From positions 1 through 64,000 of the forward strand of contig CT868152.1 of the NCBI GenBank assembly GCA_000165425.1: DNA of 64,000 bases. The letters are read 5' to 3'. The stretch comes from Paramecium tetraurelia (Eukaryota). The notes beneath the pieces are model-generated. The model did not search any database. It saw nothing but the letters and a program-made list of their open reading frames with translations, and had not been told where the DNA came from. The translations under genes were made by a program, and so were the position numbers. Shown here one piece after another: positions 14,701 to 27,534 of this stretch (position 1 is its first letter; every line of letters begins with the position of its first letter).

Positions 14701-14984
14701 TTCAGATGAAAACCTAGATATCAATCATTTAGCTTAGGCATATACCTATTATACATATTTCATTTCCAATTTCAATTATATGGTTAATGATGTTCAAGGA
14801 GTTGGAAATTACTTTACAGATCCTGCCTTAAATACAAAAGATAGTAATATCAATTCATATTCTAGGTAATTTTGATGAGACTGATATGGGAATTGATGGG
14901 TAATCAATGTATATGGTCAGTTATGAAGGAAAAAAACATATGGGAAGAAAGTACTTAGATTTACTAGGTATACCATCGCCATGA
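11708..14984 (+). CDS. Ubiquitin-like domain - long coiled coil - vWA domain - alpha-kinase (eEF2K/MHCK family)
   Basis: UBL MQIYVQMPNGKTILIDV..QYGIDKEAKL; vWA EVCFLIDVTGSMDPY..GGGDAAED..LICDAPTHG; kinase FAQGQMKQVF, YVIK, ERYFTGEFVKYNNNYG, VNDVQGVGNYFTDP; several tiny introns; TGA 14982-14984. Confidence 0.93.
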
Positions 14985-15017
14985 GTTATTAATAATAAAT
15001 ATATATCATAAAAATAT

Positions 15018-15327
15018 TCATTATTCTGGCAATTTATATGGTTTTTTGAATGCAATTTTAATGGATGGATCCTGAGTCACAAGTTAAGTCAAAGTGTTAG
15101 TCATCTTTTACGATAAGAATATTTGGGCTTGTATATATTTAGATAAGCAATTTTCTAAATTACCAAATTTACGTACTTGAACAGGATTCTTCTTCAATGT
15201 TTAAATAAGAGATTGACATATCCTTTACACATTATTTGAAACAACGCTTTTATTCAGAATATCCAGTAGTTGAAGGGTATAATGTAAGATCTGGTAAATC
15301 TAAATCGCTAATATCAGGACCGTGCAT
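15018..15327 (-). CDS. Small Tim family (Tim9/Tim10-like, twin CX3C) mitochondrial intermembrane-space chaperone
   Basis: MHGPDISDLDLP..KRCFKQCVKDMSISYLNIEEESCS[intron]xNCLSKYIQAQ; twin CX3C spacing typical of the family. Confidence 0.8.
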
Positions 15328-15364
15328 TAATTAATTAAAATATTTAAAAATGTTTATTAAATGT

Positions 15365-17085
15365 TCACATACAATCTACTAAAGCTTTAGATAAATATAT
15401 CAATTGAACTTCAATTTTGGCAGCAATGGTCAACAATGTGATATGACATAATTCATCAGCACTTAATTTCAGAGGTATAAACTCTAGATGTTTCTTTTAT
15501 AATAAATTTGGTGTCAAACTCACAATCTTTATGAAAGCCTTCAGTTCTTTTGGTAATAATTTATTCATCTTCATAATTGGATAAATAATATACCTAAGTT
15601 GAATAATCAATATCATCATGTTAATATCGATATATATTCTAAGCATAAACTCTTATCGCCTTTCTGAAAGCCGCCGTAGTGATCTATTATTCTTTGCCAA
15701 ATGTATTTCTTGTCATTTATTTTACTTCCAATAAAAAATCATGCATTTTCTGTGCTCCTTCAGGGTATAATGACTTTAAAACAGGATAACTATTCATTTA
15801 AAAATTATATTCCTAAATAATATGATAATGAGTACAGAAAATCTCAATATTTAATATCCAGTAGAATCCTTAATTTCATCAATTGTGAAATACTTTTAAA
15901 ATTTCTCTTTGAATTTTAATATTAATTGTTCTTCATCCAAATCAGACATTTCTTAAGGTTCATCAATGGATTGTTATTTGGATTTGACTTATATGTTTTT
16001 ATCTGATGAGCAATTTTGATTATCTAAAAGTGCTTAATTCTTTAATTCTTGAATGATATATTCATTTTATGTTAAATCTATTTGCTATTATTATTATTGT
16101 TCTTAAGGTAATGTAAAACTAATACTAGTATTACCAGATTATAAATTGAGAGTATAATCAATTTCCTTCAGTATTCCATTGCCTTATGAGAAACATCCAA
16201 TATTATTATAAAAGATGAATATCATTAATGCTTGAATTAATTCTCTTTTGTTCCACTTATTATTCTTCATTATCTATTACAATGTATTTTTCAGAGATTA
16301 TTCCCATGGTTTTTAAACCAAGATTTTGCAAATGGTATTTAGGGATTTGATCTTGTCATCAACACTCTCATAACCCAAATCCACCCAATTTTTGTCTCCT
16401 TCATTCAAATAAAACTGCTAGACTAATAAATCATATAACTAATCGCTCCCTGATGCAGCAGCTCCCTATTCAAATTATCAAAAACTGATTACCATTATTG
16501 CAAAATAGTATTTCTCATCTTATGATAACTTTGTTTGAGTATTTAATAAACCATCTAGCACATTAAAATATGGTTTTATCAATGATGGAAACCATAATAA
16601 CAATAATTCATGCTATGCTATTCTCCCATAGTTAAAATTATAGAGTTTGATCAATTATTCTTATAATTGATTAGAATTTACATCACCAATAACTGGCCAA
16701 GGTAGACTTTTAATCTTGTTTTCCAGATATTGATTTAATATTGGAATTTGAGGCAAATATTTTTAATCATGGAATTTAGATACTCTATACATTTTAGTCT
16801 ATTTTCAAAATAATCATTACTTATAAATTATAGTCTTTAGAAATGTTAACATAACAATCAATTATTGATGACAATGGAGTTTAATTAATAACCATAGTAA
16901 TCTTTGATTCTATCGCAGATAAGATATTTTGTTCATCTTTGTAATTATTGATCAATGTTTCGAATTATTACAAACACTAGTCGAGCTTACAATTATGTAT
17001 TAATCGCTACATGTTCACCGTCTTCTTGGGTATTTGTGAGATATTCTGGGAATGCAGATCTGATTTCTTAGCTCTCTTATTCCAT
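15365..17085 (-). CDS. SESN: Sestrin (PA26 family)
   Basis: YYFAIMGAAASG..FYLNEGDKNW..KILVQKPW..WNKRELIQAL; C-domain MTRNTFG..TTAAFRKAIRVY..HDDIDY..LKAFIKIV..DELCHITLL..LIYLSKAL. These align by eye to human sestrin motifs. Confidence 0.88.
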
Positions 17086-17339
17086 AAATAATGGTATTTT
17101 TAATTTATATAATTAGAATATAATTAATTGCACGTGTTACAAATATATTATTTATTGGTCTCTTCATACTCATCCAATCTACTAATTTTAATATATTGTC
17201 TTGTCATTCGATCTTACATTTATTAGCTTAGTAAATATAAAGCTCATAATCAAATTATAAATTATTATAAAATTTGGACTAAGTTCAATATTAAGTTAAT
17301 ATTTATTATTATAAAATTTAGCTGTAATGATAGTCATAA

Positions 17340-18596
17340 TCAAATTTGAATAAAATTTGGAGACTCCAATAAATATCCTTATTCACTTTAGGCTGCTATC
17401 TAAAACATTTCTTTGTTTTCAAAAGAAATATATACATTACTATTTTTAATTTTTCTTCGAGAACTTAATTATTATGATTAAGATATTGAATCCAATTGAT
17501 TCTAACGATTGAAATAATTATTTAGCATTGTCTTAATTTTACTTAATTATTTTAATCTTTCATCTATGAATTATTTCTATTGATTGAATTCATTACTTTT
17601 GATAATTTAATGATATCCAGATAATTTATCTTTGTATTTTCTCATTATATACCTAGAATGATTACAATAATAAAATACTTAAAAGGTTTAATCTACATAT
17701 TGGTCAAGATGTTTTATTCATTCTAATTAATGTCAACCTAGATTGAGTTTAATTCTTCCTGAATATCAGATAGTTACTATGCTTTTTCATTAAATTATAA
17801 CTAATTAACAAGCTTCAATGATTTCTTGTTGATTGATGTTAACATTTATTCCAATTAATATTGTAAACTATTGTATTTTATTTCATAATCGTTGCTTTGA
17901 GATATCTAAACTATATTATTGCATTCATTCAATAAGGATTTGATGGCCTACTAAAAATTGTCTAACTATTGTTGTTTATATTAATTTTCATTATTTTCAT
18001 CATATTCTATGGAGAAGGCATCTTCACATAATGATTTATAATTGGGCTAATTAATGGATAGATTTTCTGTAAGAGAATTCTTGTGGTGAATGACGTTCAA
18101 CTTTTGACTATTCTTGCAATTCAAGATGGAAAATTCTTAACAATTAATTTTATTTTGATTTCTCAAATTAGAATCAAAAAATTAAGCCTCCAATTAATAG
18201 AATGCTTACTTTTTTTGGTTAATGAAATGAGCATTGCAAAGACTATTATGGCAATGATTTTTATTTAATGGAAATAGGGGATTGAGTCAACTTCTTTTAT
18301 CCAATATTTTATGATAGACTAACTTTATTTTTATTTTTTGTGTTAGTTTTGGTCAACAGTGAATAGATTAATTTCTAAGGCGATAAGTGTTTCTACTATT
18401 TGATTTCTAATGGAATACTTAATGACAATTACTTTTTAGTTCATTCTGACTTTTATATAATTCGATCATCCTATTGACTTCATCAAATATATTTTCTTTA
18501 TTTAATTAATTGAATGATTCTATTATCTAAATAATAATTAGTACCATATTATTGTGAGAGAAAATGATGATCTATTCTACTATTATGTTAACTCAT
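17340..18596 (-). CDS. Hypothetical coiled-coil protein
   Basis: Long open table-6 frames with tiny introns (MSQHNSRIDHH.., QQLDNFQQAIKSLLNECNN.., ..LLESPNFIQI*). Confidence 0.55.
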
Positions 18597-18859
18597 TAAT
18601 TCGTTAGTTTAATATAATAATAAATTAATAATCACCTATAAGTTTTCAATATATTGTATTTATTGGCAAATAAATTTTTGAATATTCATATTAAAATGCT
18701 TTGGGCACATTAAATACAAGTTGATTACATTTTATTACATCTAATTAATTGTGCTCTTTAGATTTTAAGAATTCTAGTTTATATTATGAATAATTGTAAT
18801 CAATTACATACAAACTATGATAAATTTTATAAAATTAATTAAATTAAACTCACTTCATA

Positions 18860-19702
18860 ATGATAATTCCTCAAAATGAGTCATTTCTTCTCTCAGGCCT
18901 TTAGAACATTGAATATTAGGTTTAGAATACTGTCATTAGTTAACTTCATGTATCTAATATAATCTATTAAGAAATATCGATAATTAAGTGTTTTTGATTC
19001 TTTCATAGAAAATCCTAGTATGAATCATGATGATATTAACCCAATAATTAAAAGTAAATATCTTAATTTACGCAATAAAATACATTTTGAAAATAAAGAA
19101 GATGAACTAGAATTTGAAGATATTATTATCAAATGGAATTAAAGTCACTAATAAAATGTGAGATTAAATCAAATGGTGACGGAATATGCAAATCAATAAA
19201 TTTAGAATAATTAATATTAAACAGATTTTCCAGTTTCAAAAATTCATATCTTAGATTACGAAGAGAACCAACCAATATCATCATTCTCATTATTAACTTC
19301 AAAAGACTAGATTATTGATCATCAAATATTGCAAGATCTTCCATAAGAGAAATCAACACAAACAGATTATCCTAGTGAGATGGTTGATAAATGTTCATAA
19401 TCAGATTTTAGAGATATTGATGAGAAGGATACTGAAAATGTAGTTGAATTTTTTAATTCTTCCTTCTTCCAAGAGTTAAAGAACAAATAATTCTTGATTG
19501 ATGCTTAATTGATTGTAAGTATATTTATGATATTGTACTTAAGTCATTGATATAAACTATGTTTTTGATGCATAATGAATAAAAGATAGAAATAAATGAA
19601 CCAATTAAATAATAATTAGATTTCCTGATGAAGAGAATCAAGAGGAAAGATTAGATTAGCTATAATACTATTACCATTATAAGGGATAGTGTGGATAAAT
19701 GA
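18860..19702 (+). CDS. Hypothetical protein
   Basis: MIIPQNESF.. with two GT-AG introns (~18950, ~19515), open to TGA 19700-19702. Confidence 0.6.
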
Positions 19703-19818
19703 TTTTATTTTATTCTTCCACACAGCATATATATAAAATTCGCATCTTAAATAATCTTCTAAATATTTAGTACTATTGTAGTATAAAGTGAAAATCAATC
19801 TAAAAATGTTCCATTCAT

Positions 19819-22625
19819 ATGAATATTGAAAAAAGCTCTTAAAAACATACTACAAGTTCCAATAGTTCTCGCAGTTCTTCGTAAAGATCCTAATTTATTC
19901 TTATTTTATTAGTAAACTAAGATCCAGATCAAGGTCGAACAGTCAAAGACGAGATAGGAAGACTGAAAAGACAGAATCCACAGATGACAAATAGGGAAGT
20001 GATTAGAATGTCAAGATTGAGTCCAACATACCTCAAACAGCCAGAGGGAAGAGACAAGTAACCAAATTTTAATATCTAAAGTTAACTTATATTAAAGATT
20101 TGCCTAAAAGACCTCCCAAATGTCCAAATTATCCATAGTAATTTAGAGAAATCAATTTGGTGACCAATAACTTTAGTGTTCGGTCCAAAAGAAACGGAAT
20201 CATAGTTGTTTATTCAGTGAAATTCTTACCATTTATAGATCCGTAACAATTTTCAATTAGAGTTTAGATAAAATAATAACCTAAAGAGAGAGATTATCAA
20301 AAGTTAAGAAGATGCTCTGAGAGAATATTTAGGACCTTTTGTCTACTATAGCAATACAATAATAGGAAGCAAAGAATCTTCAACATTTAATTTTAAATTG
20401 GAAAAGCCTATCAAATTTGAGGAGTAAGTTTTTTTATTTTTATGTTTAAATAGTTATGATTACTATTTAGAAATCAAAAAGGTTAAAGTTATTAACATGC
20501 AAGATTTAGAAAATCCCAATCCAATAGAAGCTGATAAACCATTGATGTTTTTTAACTACTTGATTAAAGATTTCTTCAAAAATTTAAAATATTAAGAACA
20601 TGGAAAAACAAGAAAGTTTCATGTAATGAAATCTACTTATTATCAAGGATATATCCAGAAGATAACCTATTCCAGAAACCGAATTATCAGTAATACCTGG
20701 TTTTGCTGTCAATTTTTAAACTAATGAGCAGGGATTTAGTTTTAAAATTGATATCAGTCATAGAATTATCAGAACAACCACAGTATTATAATATATTGAT
20801 TAAATTTGGAAAGAACAATCGAATAAGTAATGCAGAGAGTTATAGAATTAGATTACCGAAAGAGGAATTAAGGAAGTATGTCACACATGTAATGACCAAA
20901 CAATTGGTACTTGCCAATTATGGAACATATAGAACTTATTCAGTTGACAATTTATTATTTGACCAAAATACGGCGGAATATTCTATAGAGTTAGCAGACT
21001 CAAAAGGGAAGCAGTAATTTATAACAATGGACCAATATTTTAAATAAAGATATAATTATGATATCAAGAATAAGAAAGCACCTTTATTAGTGATTGAAGA
21101 TACAAAAACCAATAGAAAAGTCTATTTGGTGGCCGAATTATGTATTATGGCAGGGGTTCCAGATAATTTAAATGAATTCACAAGAAAACAGATTTAAAAA
21201 GAGTGTTAGACAAATCCAAAAGATAGATTTGAAAAAATAAAGAAAATGTTATTTGATTTAATCAATCGTTAACCTTAAACAGGATTAACCATGTAAAAAT
21301 TAAAAGAAGAATTTGGTATTGATATCAATAGTACTCCTTAATATGTAAAAGCAAAATAACTTAGACCTCCTAATATAGTATTTGGAAATCAAAATGTGAT
21401 GCCTTAAGGAGACAAAGAAAACTTTTCGTTTAATTGTAACAATCAATCTGCTTTTATTAAGAGATATGAAGTTAGAATTGCCATAATATCACCATACGAT
21501 TTCGATTGTGAGGAATTCACCTAGAATATTCATGAATTAATATAAAAATATGGAATCAAAATGGGAGTGCAAACTAAATGTCATTATTTAAGTGGACAAA
21601 GATAAAACTATATTGCTGAAATCGAATAAACAATTATGAGAAATGTACCACATACAACTAATATGATTGTTATTGTACTGAATAGATACATGAAAAATTG
21701 CTATGCTCCATTAAAGAAAATGTGCATGTCTGAAAAATTCGGTGTTCTTACTTAAATGGTATCCAGTGATTCTATTTCAAAATAAAAAAAGGGATTGTTT
21801 TCGATAATTCAAAAATTAGCCATTTAAATGATGGATAAGGTTGGAAATTGTTTATGGACTGTTCAATTACCTTAGGTATCTGTGTAAATTATATTAGAAA
21901 TGGCCTGATAATATTATGATTGTGAGTGTTATCATCGAAAAAGGTAAATTTGCTGGTATGTTGTCAAGTCTAGATAAAACATATTCAAGATACTACAGTT
22001 AAATGAGTACTAAAATTGTTGAAAAATGTTTAATTAAAGATATTGGGGACATGATGAAATAATCTTTTTTGTAATTCAAATAAGAAAATGGTTGTTTCCC
22101 TCAAAAAATCATATACTTTAGAGATGGTTTAAGTGAAGAATCAATATCTCATTTATTATAATATGAAACCAGAGAAATTGTTTTGGCTGCAAACTAGTTA
22201 TGTTAATTTGGAGATTAAATCATTATTATCAATATTTAAAATACAAATATCACTAAATTGTTTAGAGAAGAGAGAGACCAATATTTTAATGCACCCGCTG
22301 GAACAGTTGTTGATAGTGAAATAACAACAAAAAACTATGAATTTATCTTGGTTCCTGTTTATAGTTCAAGAGGTTGTCCAAGACCAATATTGTATCGTAT
22401 CATTTATGATACAATTAAAATACCAATGGAATAATTATAGGTATATCAGAGATTTAGAGTTTATAGGACTTCGTTTATGGCTAATGCTACAATTATTAAA
22501 ATTGGACAGGATCTATTAAATTACCTGCAATAGTAAAGAATTGTTAAAAAATGATCAAGTTCTTAGTAGAGATCCTCTAAACAGAACCAATAAATAAATT
22601 AAGATCATCATTCTATTATTTATGA
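19819..22625 (+). CDS. PTIWI: Piwi-clade Argonaute (Ptiwi family), predicted non-slicer
   Basis: N domain INLVTNNF; PAZ TYSVDNL..YFKQRYNYDI..PLLV..VYLVAELC; MID YAPLKK..VLTQMV..QMMDKVGNCLW; PIWI KIIYFRDG, NAPAGTVVDSEIT, YQNWTGSIKLPA, ..FYYL*. Paralogue number not assignable from sequence alone. Confidence 0.95.
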
Positions 22626-22910
22626 TGATTATTATTATCAAAAATAACATAATGCATTCAATTCATTCAATAATATATATTTATATTTCTAATAAATAAG
22701 ATTCTAACTTAAATTAATTAATTTCATTTAAAAAAGGATACTTTTTACACTTTAGACTGATTTCTTACACAATTCTAAAAATAGTATCATCTATATTAAC
22801 TTGTTATTGTTGTTAAATGAATATTAAACAATTATTCTAAAATTATTCTTATTATAAGAATCACATCCATGATCTATAATATATTAAATAATTATAATTA
22901 ATAAAATTAT

Positions 22911-24363
22911 TCATTATTTACTAGTAACACATTTTTTCAATAATAAATATTGATCGAACATCTACTAACTCATTTATCTAGTTATTTTGATTAATTAATC
23001 ATAATCTAAATTTTAATGTCTAAATTTCTTCTAAACATAATACAACCCTTCCTTTTAGGCTTGAATCTCACTTGTCAAATCTATAATCTAATTACTAAGA
23101 GGATCTGTCTACATTAATCTGTATATATTAAATTATAATTACTCTTCAATATTGTTTTATTCTAATTTGCTGATTGTGGTTACACAAGCTTCTATTTTAT
23201 GTTCCATTTAGATCATCTATTAGTCTAATTCATAGATACTAGAATTTATCTCTTAATCTTTTAATTGAATCTCCCTCATTACTTTCGTTTGTTGTTAATA
23301 TTATTCTGTCAAAACATCAGTTAATTATTTTTACTATCTAATTGAATCCATGAGTTTCTTAGATTGATTAAATAATTCAATATCCACTTTGGATTTGATT
23401 TCAGTTTTTATTTTCTCCTCTTTTGCTTCTTAACTCATAAACAATTCCTTTCCGAATTCAAAAACAGATGCACTTATTGATATCAATTTATTAGCCATTC
23501 CTGGTTCTTCTTATTGCTACTTCTTTTTTGGTTAGTCCTTTTATTAAATAAACTGAGATTATTATTATTATTATTATTGCTGTTGCGATTATGGGATTTA
23601 TTATATTTAAGAATAAGGATTTTATTGAGGTTATTACTATTGTTAAACATATTGTGGCTATTACATTTAAGATTGCCAAAGTCCATAATTATTAAATTAT
23701 GATTAATTCACTTAACTCATCATCTATTAAGGGTTATATTAGTATTAAGATTGATTCTAATTGTAAGGATTTGTTTTGAGGAAAAAAGGAAAATTCCTGG
23801 ACAAGGCTTATTGTACTTCCAACATAAAATCGATCTAATTAGCATAGAATTGATACAATTTTATAATTCTTATTCCAATTCTTGATGGAGGGAATGAAAT
23901 TATTAAAAGTAATATACAATCCATTTTGTATTTCAGCCGACTTATATAAAGGGTTAGCATCAAATTTATTAGCTAAAATATAAATATTTAAAGTACGATC
24001 CACGTTTTTGAGGAAAATGAAGGGTTAGACTTCAGGATGAGAGGTTTGAAATCTTAAATGTATAAAGATTGAGAAGATGCTATTATTGTATGGAATGGGA
24101 ACTGAATATAAATTAATAAATACTGTTTCCTTATAATTCTAGCATAGTAATATTAATGGCTGTCAAAGTTGGGTTCAATTCCTTATAATTTAATAGAACA
24201 ATTTTAGCATCATCTATGACTTTATTTCTATATTGGATATAAAGAGAAGCTACTTTTTGGTATATTTGCATTATTCCATAATAAGTTGGAGTTCGTAAAC
24301 CTTTTATTTGAATTATGGATTGTCAGGACTGTAAATGTTTTTTTCTGTATTGTTGTTATACAT
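22911..24363 (-). CDS. TSG101: ESCRT-I subunit TSG101/Vps23
   Basis: UEV-like LQGTVPIPYNNSIFSIFIHL..HPEVQPFIFL, Q/P-rich linker, coiled coil, and a steadiness-box-like end EIQAQKEGLYYVQKKFRHQNLDYDQLIKITRQMSQQMF. Confidence 0.8.
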
Positions 24364-24435
24364 AATTAAAATAAATATAATAATAATGAAGAGGAGAATG
24401 TAAATTTAATGTTAGGTAATTTAGTAATTTGATTA

Positions 24436-24738
24436 TCAGTAGTCATCATCCTCAAATAAAAAAGTTTTGGTATGGGTAGATGAATTTATTGATTTCTTTA
24501 TTTTGGAAGTAATGGTTTTGTTAGATTTGATAGATTATTTGGAGTTGGTAATAGTCTGAATTTACTCATTTTTGTCTGATATATTTATTAAGTCCGTTTC
24601 AAACTTATGTTTCCTTCTTAGAAATTTAGATCTTATTTCTTTGACTTTTAAAGAATTGAAGTTGAATTAATAGACAGTTTGCGAATGAGGCTCCGTATCT
24701 GCATATTCTGTAACCTTCATATGACAGCAATTTCCCAT
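24436..24738 (-). CDS. Small protein starting MGNCC (putative myristoylation/palmitoylation); frame disrupted
   Basis: ATG GGA AAT TGC TGT at 24738. The apparent C-terminus ..HTKTFLFEDDDY* is in another frame, so splicing or frameshift is unresolved. Confidence 0.35.
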
Positions 24739-24772
24739 TTCAAGTAATAATTTAAAATTAATATTATTTTAA

Positions 24773-27263
24773 TCATTAAGGTTCTTCCTCTTCAGATTCC
24801 TCTTCAATTAGACCAATATCATCTTTTACTATAAACAAATATGATATTACAATTTTATTAACTTTAATTTAAAAGTGGTGCATCAGTAACTTCATCAAAA
24901 ACCAATTCAAACTTATTATCTAGATAATTATCACACACTATCTTTTTAGGATTGTAAAAATTAGGAGGTGGAAATATTGGATCTAAACATATTCTTTCAG
25001 TTATATCATTAAATACTTGAACGCATTATCTAGCATTTGAGGAATCAACTTTGACAAAAGCGGACAGCAAATTTCAATGGATGGATTAGTATTTGCTTCG
25101 ATCATTAAAACTTTAAATGATTCATCAATCATAAAATCTAATCCAAATATTTCGAAAGTGTTCTCCTTTTTATTCTAGTCCATTTTACCATAAACTGCTC
25201 TAAATTAATCAGTTGCCATTTACTAAAATATAAACTACAAAAAAGTTATACTTTCATTTTTTAATTAATTTTTGTGAAATCCCCTCCTAAATTCTCAATA
25301 TACACAGCAAACTCTTCAAAACTCACTTTGTTACCTTTTTCATATTTTCCATAATCCTCTCCTTTCTTTTATACAGCATCATTAGTGAGATGAATCATTT
25401 TGTTTGTCAAATTTTTCATCGAGAATTCCTTGCTTGATGTTCTAACATATCCTTCGGTATACCAATACCCCTTTTGATTTCCATTTATAGAAACATATAA
25501 ACTGTAACATCTGATATCAAACTTTCGTTTATTATAAAGAAAGGGACGATCAATATACAATTACACTATGAATGTCTTATAGCTTCCATTTTTGTGTATC
25601 TCCTTTGAATTTAATATAGACTATATTTCATTCAAATCCTCTGAAATCTTTATACCATTGCCTCTATTTGTAATTTCTCCTGGTTTTATAATCCAAATGT
25701 TTCTTCTTTTGTCCTATTCAAAAGTTATCAATTACTATCTTTCTTTGTAGGCCTCTAAAAATTAAGAATATTCTGGCCCATCCTAACTTTTAATATGATA
25801 TGTGACTGGCAAATTGTCGAATACGTTGATATTTTATGATTCATAGTAAGCCTTCATGTTGTAAAACAAAGCTTTCTTATTACCCAAATGAAAATTATTT
25901 TCCAAATGATTGTGCATTTTTATTGGCTCATTATATATCGTTAATTTCATCTTTATATTTGAAGCTTATTCTATAGTTAATAATTTCGAAGATCTTCCTT
26001 TGGCATTTAATATTTGGCTAAATTATCTTATCTCATTAAGAGAAAAAAACTTATTCCATTGAGAGTGTTCTATTTTATTATATTTAATTTGTTATTCATT
26101 ATCACTTTAATCATCTTATTTATTTAATCCCAATGATCCTATTGTCGTAATTGAAGAGGATGCACTTTAACATGTATTTTATTCATTTGGATTTCGGATC
26201 AATGATTTCATATTCTCATGAATAGAATTCACTTTTAATTGGGTCCATACAAAATGACAGGTTTCCATTTCATCTTATATACTCCACCACCATCGAGATT
26301 TTAATATTTATCTAATCAACATACCGTTATTTCCTTTTCCAACATATGCCTTATAAATGTTTACTGTTGGTTAAACAAATATGCAATTTGAAAGATTTAA
26401 AATATTAAAATAATGTCTCATTGAAGCATATTTTTCTTAGAATACAACATCTTAGGGATATTTTGGATCAATAAAGTAAATGCCATCAAACTTTTTTTAT
26501 TTTTTTATTTTTTATTTTTACCCTTATAATTATTATTATAATGGTTATAATGTAACAGGACCTGCCAATTAAGGCATCTATTGTGATAAAGAAAAGCCAG
26601 ACATATTAGAGATATTTTCATATTTGGAATTTCTAGATGTCTTAAGCAATTACGAGTTTTTGCGAGGCTCTATTAATTTCAAGGCCTTTACTGTTTCAAT
26701 TTCATTTAATCTGTTCTGTTTGTCCATTTCCATCTTCAATTTCAACTTTTCAATAATGTCTCTCTCTGCTTTAGAGTCCATAGAATTATTTAGAAATGCT
26801 TCCTGCAATTTAATCCTCTCTATTATTAATTTCAATAATACTTATCACATGGATAGGCTTTGATTATATATTCAAGGTATTCTAACCATCAACCTATGGA
26901 AACATCTATAGATAACGACCTTACTTAAACTTCTAATGGAGGTTGTAAGATTGTTTAGTAGTTTTTGGAGAATTGCCATCTATTATTAGTAATTTATTTA
27001 CTCTTCTTCTTTTTAAGTTGGTGGATTTACTTCAAAACATTTGTATTATTGTACCTTTCTAGTTAAGGTAATTACGAAGAAGGGATTGGACTTTCAGATT
27101 TCTCTTGATATTGATATCTATAGGATGTGATATGATTAGGATTATTTAAAACTGATTGTATAGAATCTTTGATCAGTTCTTGAATTCCAGGAGATTTTAA
27201 TAATTATTCCATGGATCTGTGTTTTTATAGAGTCAAATGTTCGCTAAATTTAATATTCTACAT
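24773..27263 (-). CDS. Tubulin-tyrosine ligase-like (TTL/TTLL) protein
   Basis: VGKGNNGMLIR, HNHLENNFHLGNKKALF, WIIKPGEITNRGNGI, QLYIDRPFLYNKRKFDIR, HLTNDAVQK, FEIFGLDFMID..LMIEANTNP. Subfamily not assigned. Confidence 0.93.
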
Positions 27264-27534
27264 ATTTTGAAATGCTTAATATATTATTTGGCGATTTTAT
27301 ACTAAAATTTAAATTAGGCATTGTTATTTGCTCTTTATCAGCCATTTTATATTTTTACAATCTCTTTATATTATTTTAATAATTTTTAGAAATCTAAGTA
27401 GATTATTTTAGTCTCTGTAGATATTTCAGAAGTAATTCTCATGATAAAATGGAGAAGTAAACAATTTTGAACATGAATATTTAAGAATCAATTATATAAA
27501 AAATGAATAATATTAATTAAATTAATATATACAT

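Noticed and set aside
17340..22625. Possible long N-terminal fusion of upstream ORFs to the Piwi
   Set aside because: 17340-18596 is on the minus strand and 18860-19702 ends in TGA before the Piwi ATG at 19819.
23480..23770. Poly-Leu/Ile/Asn ORFs in the supplied track and (TTA)n-like microsatellite
   Set aside because: These are the antisense or off-frame view of the TAA/CAA poly-Gln linker of TSG101.
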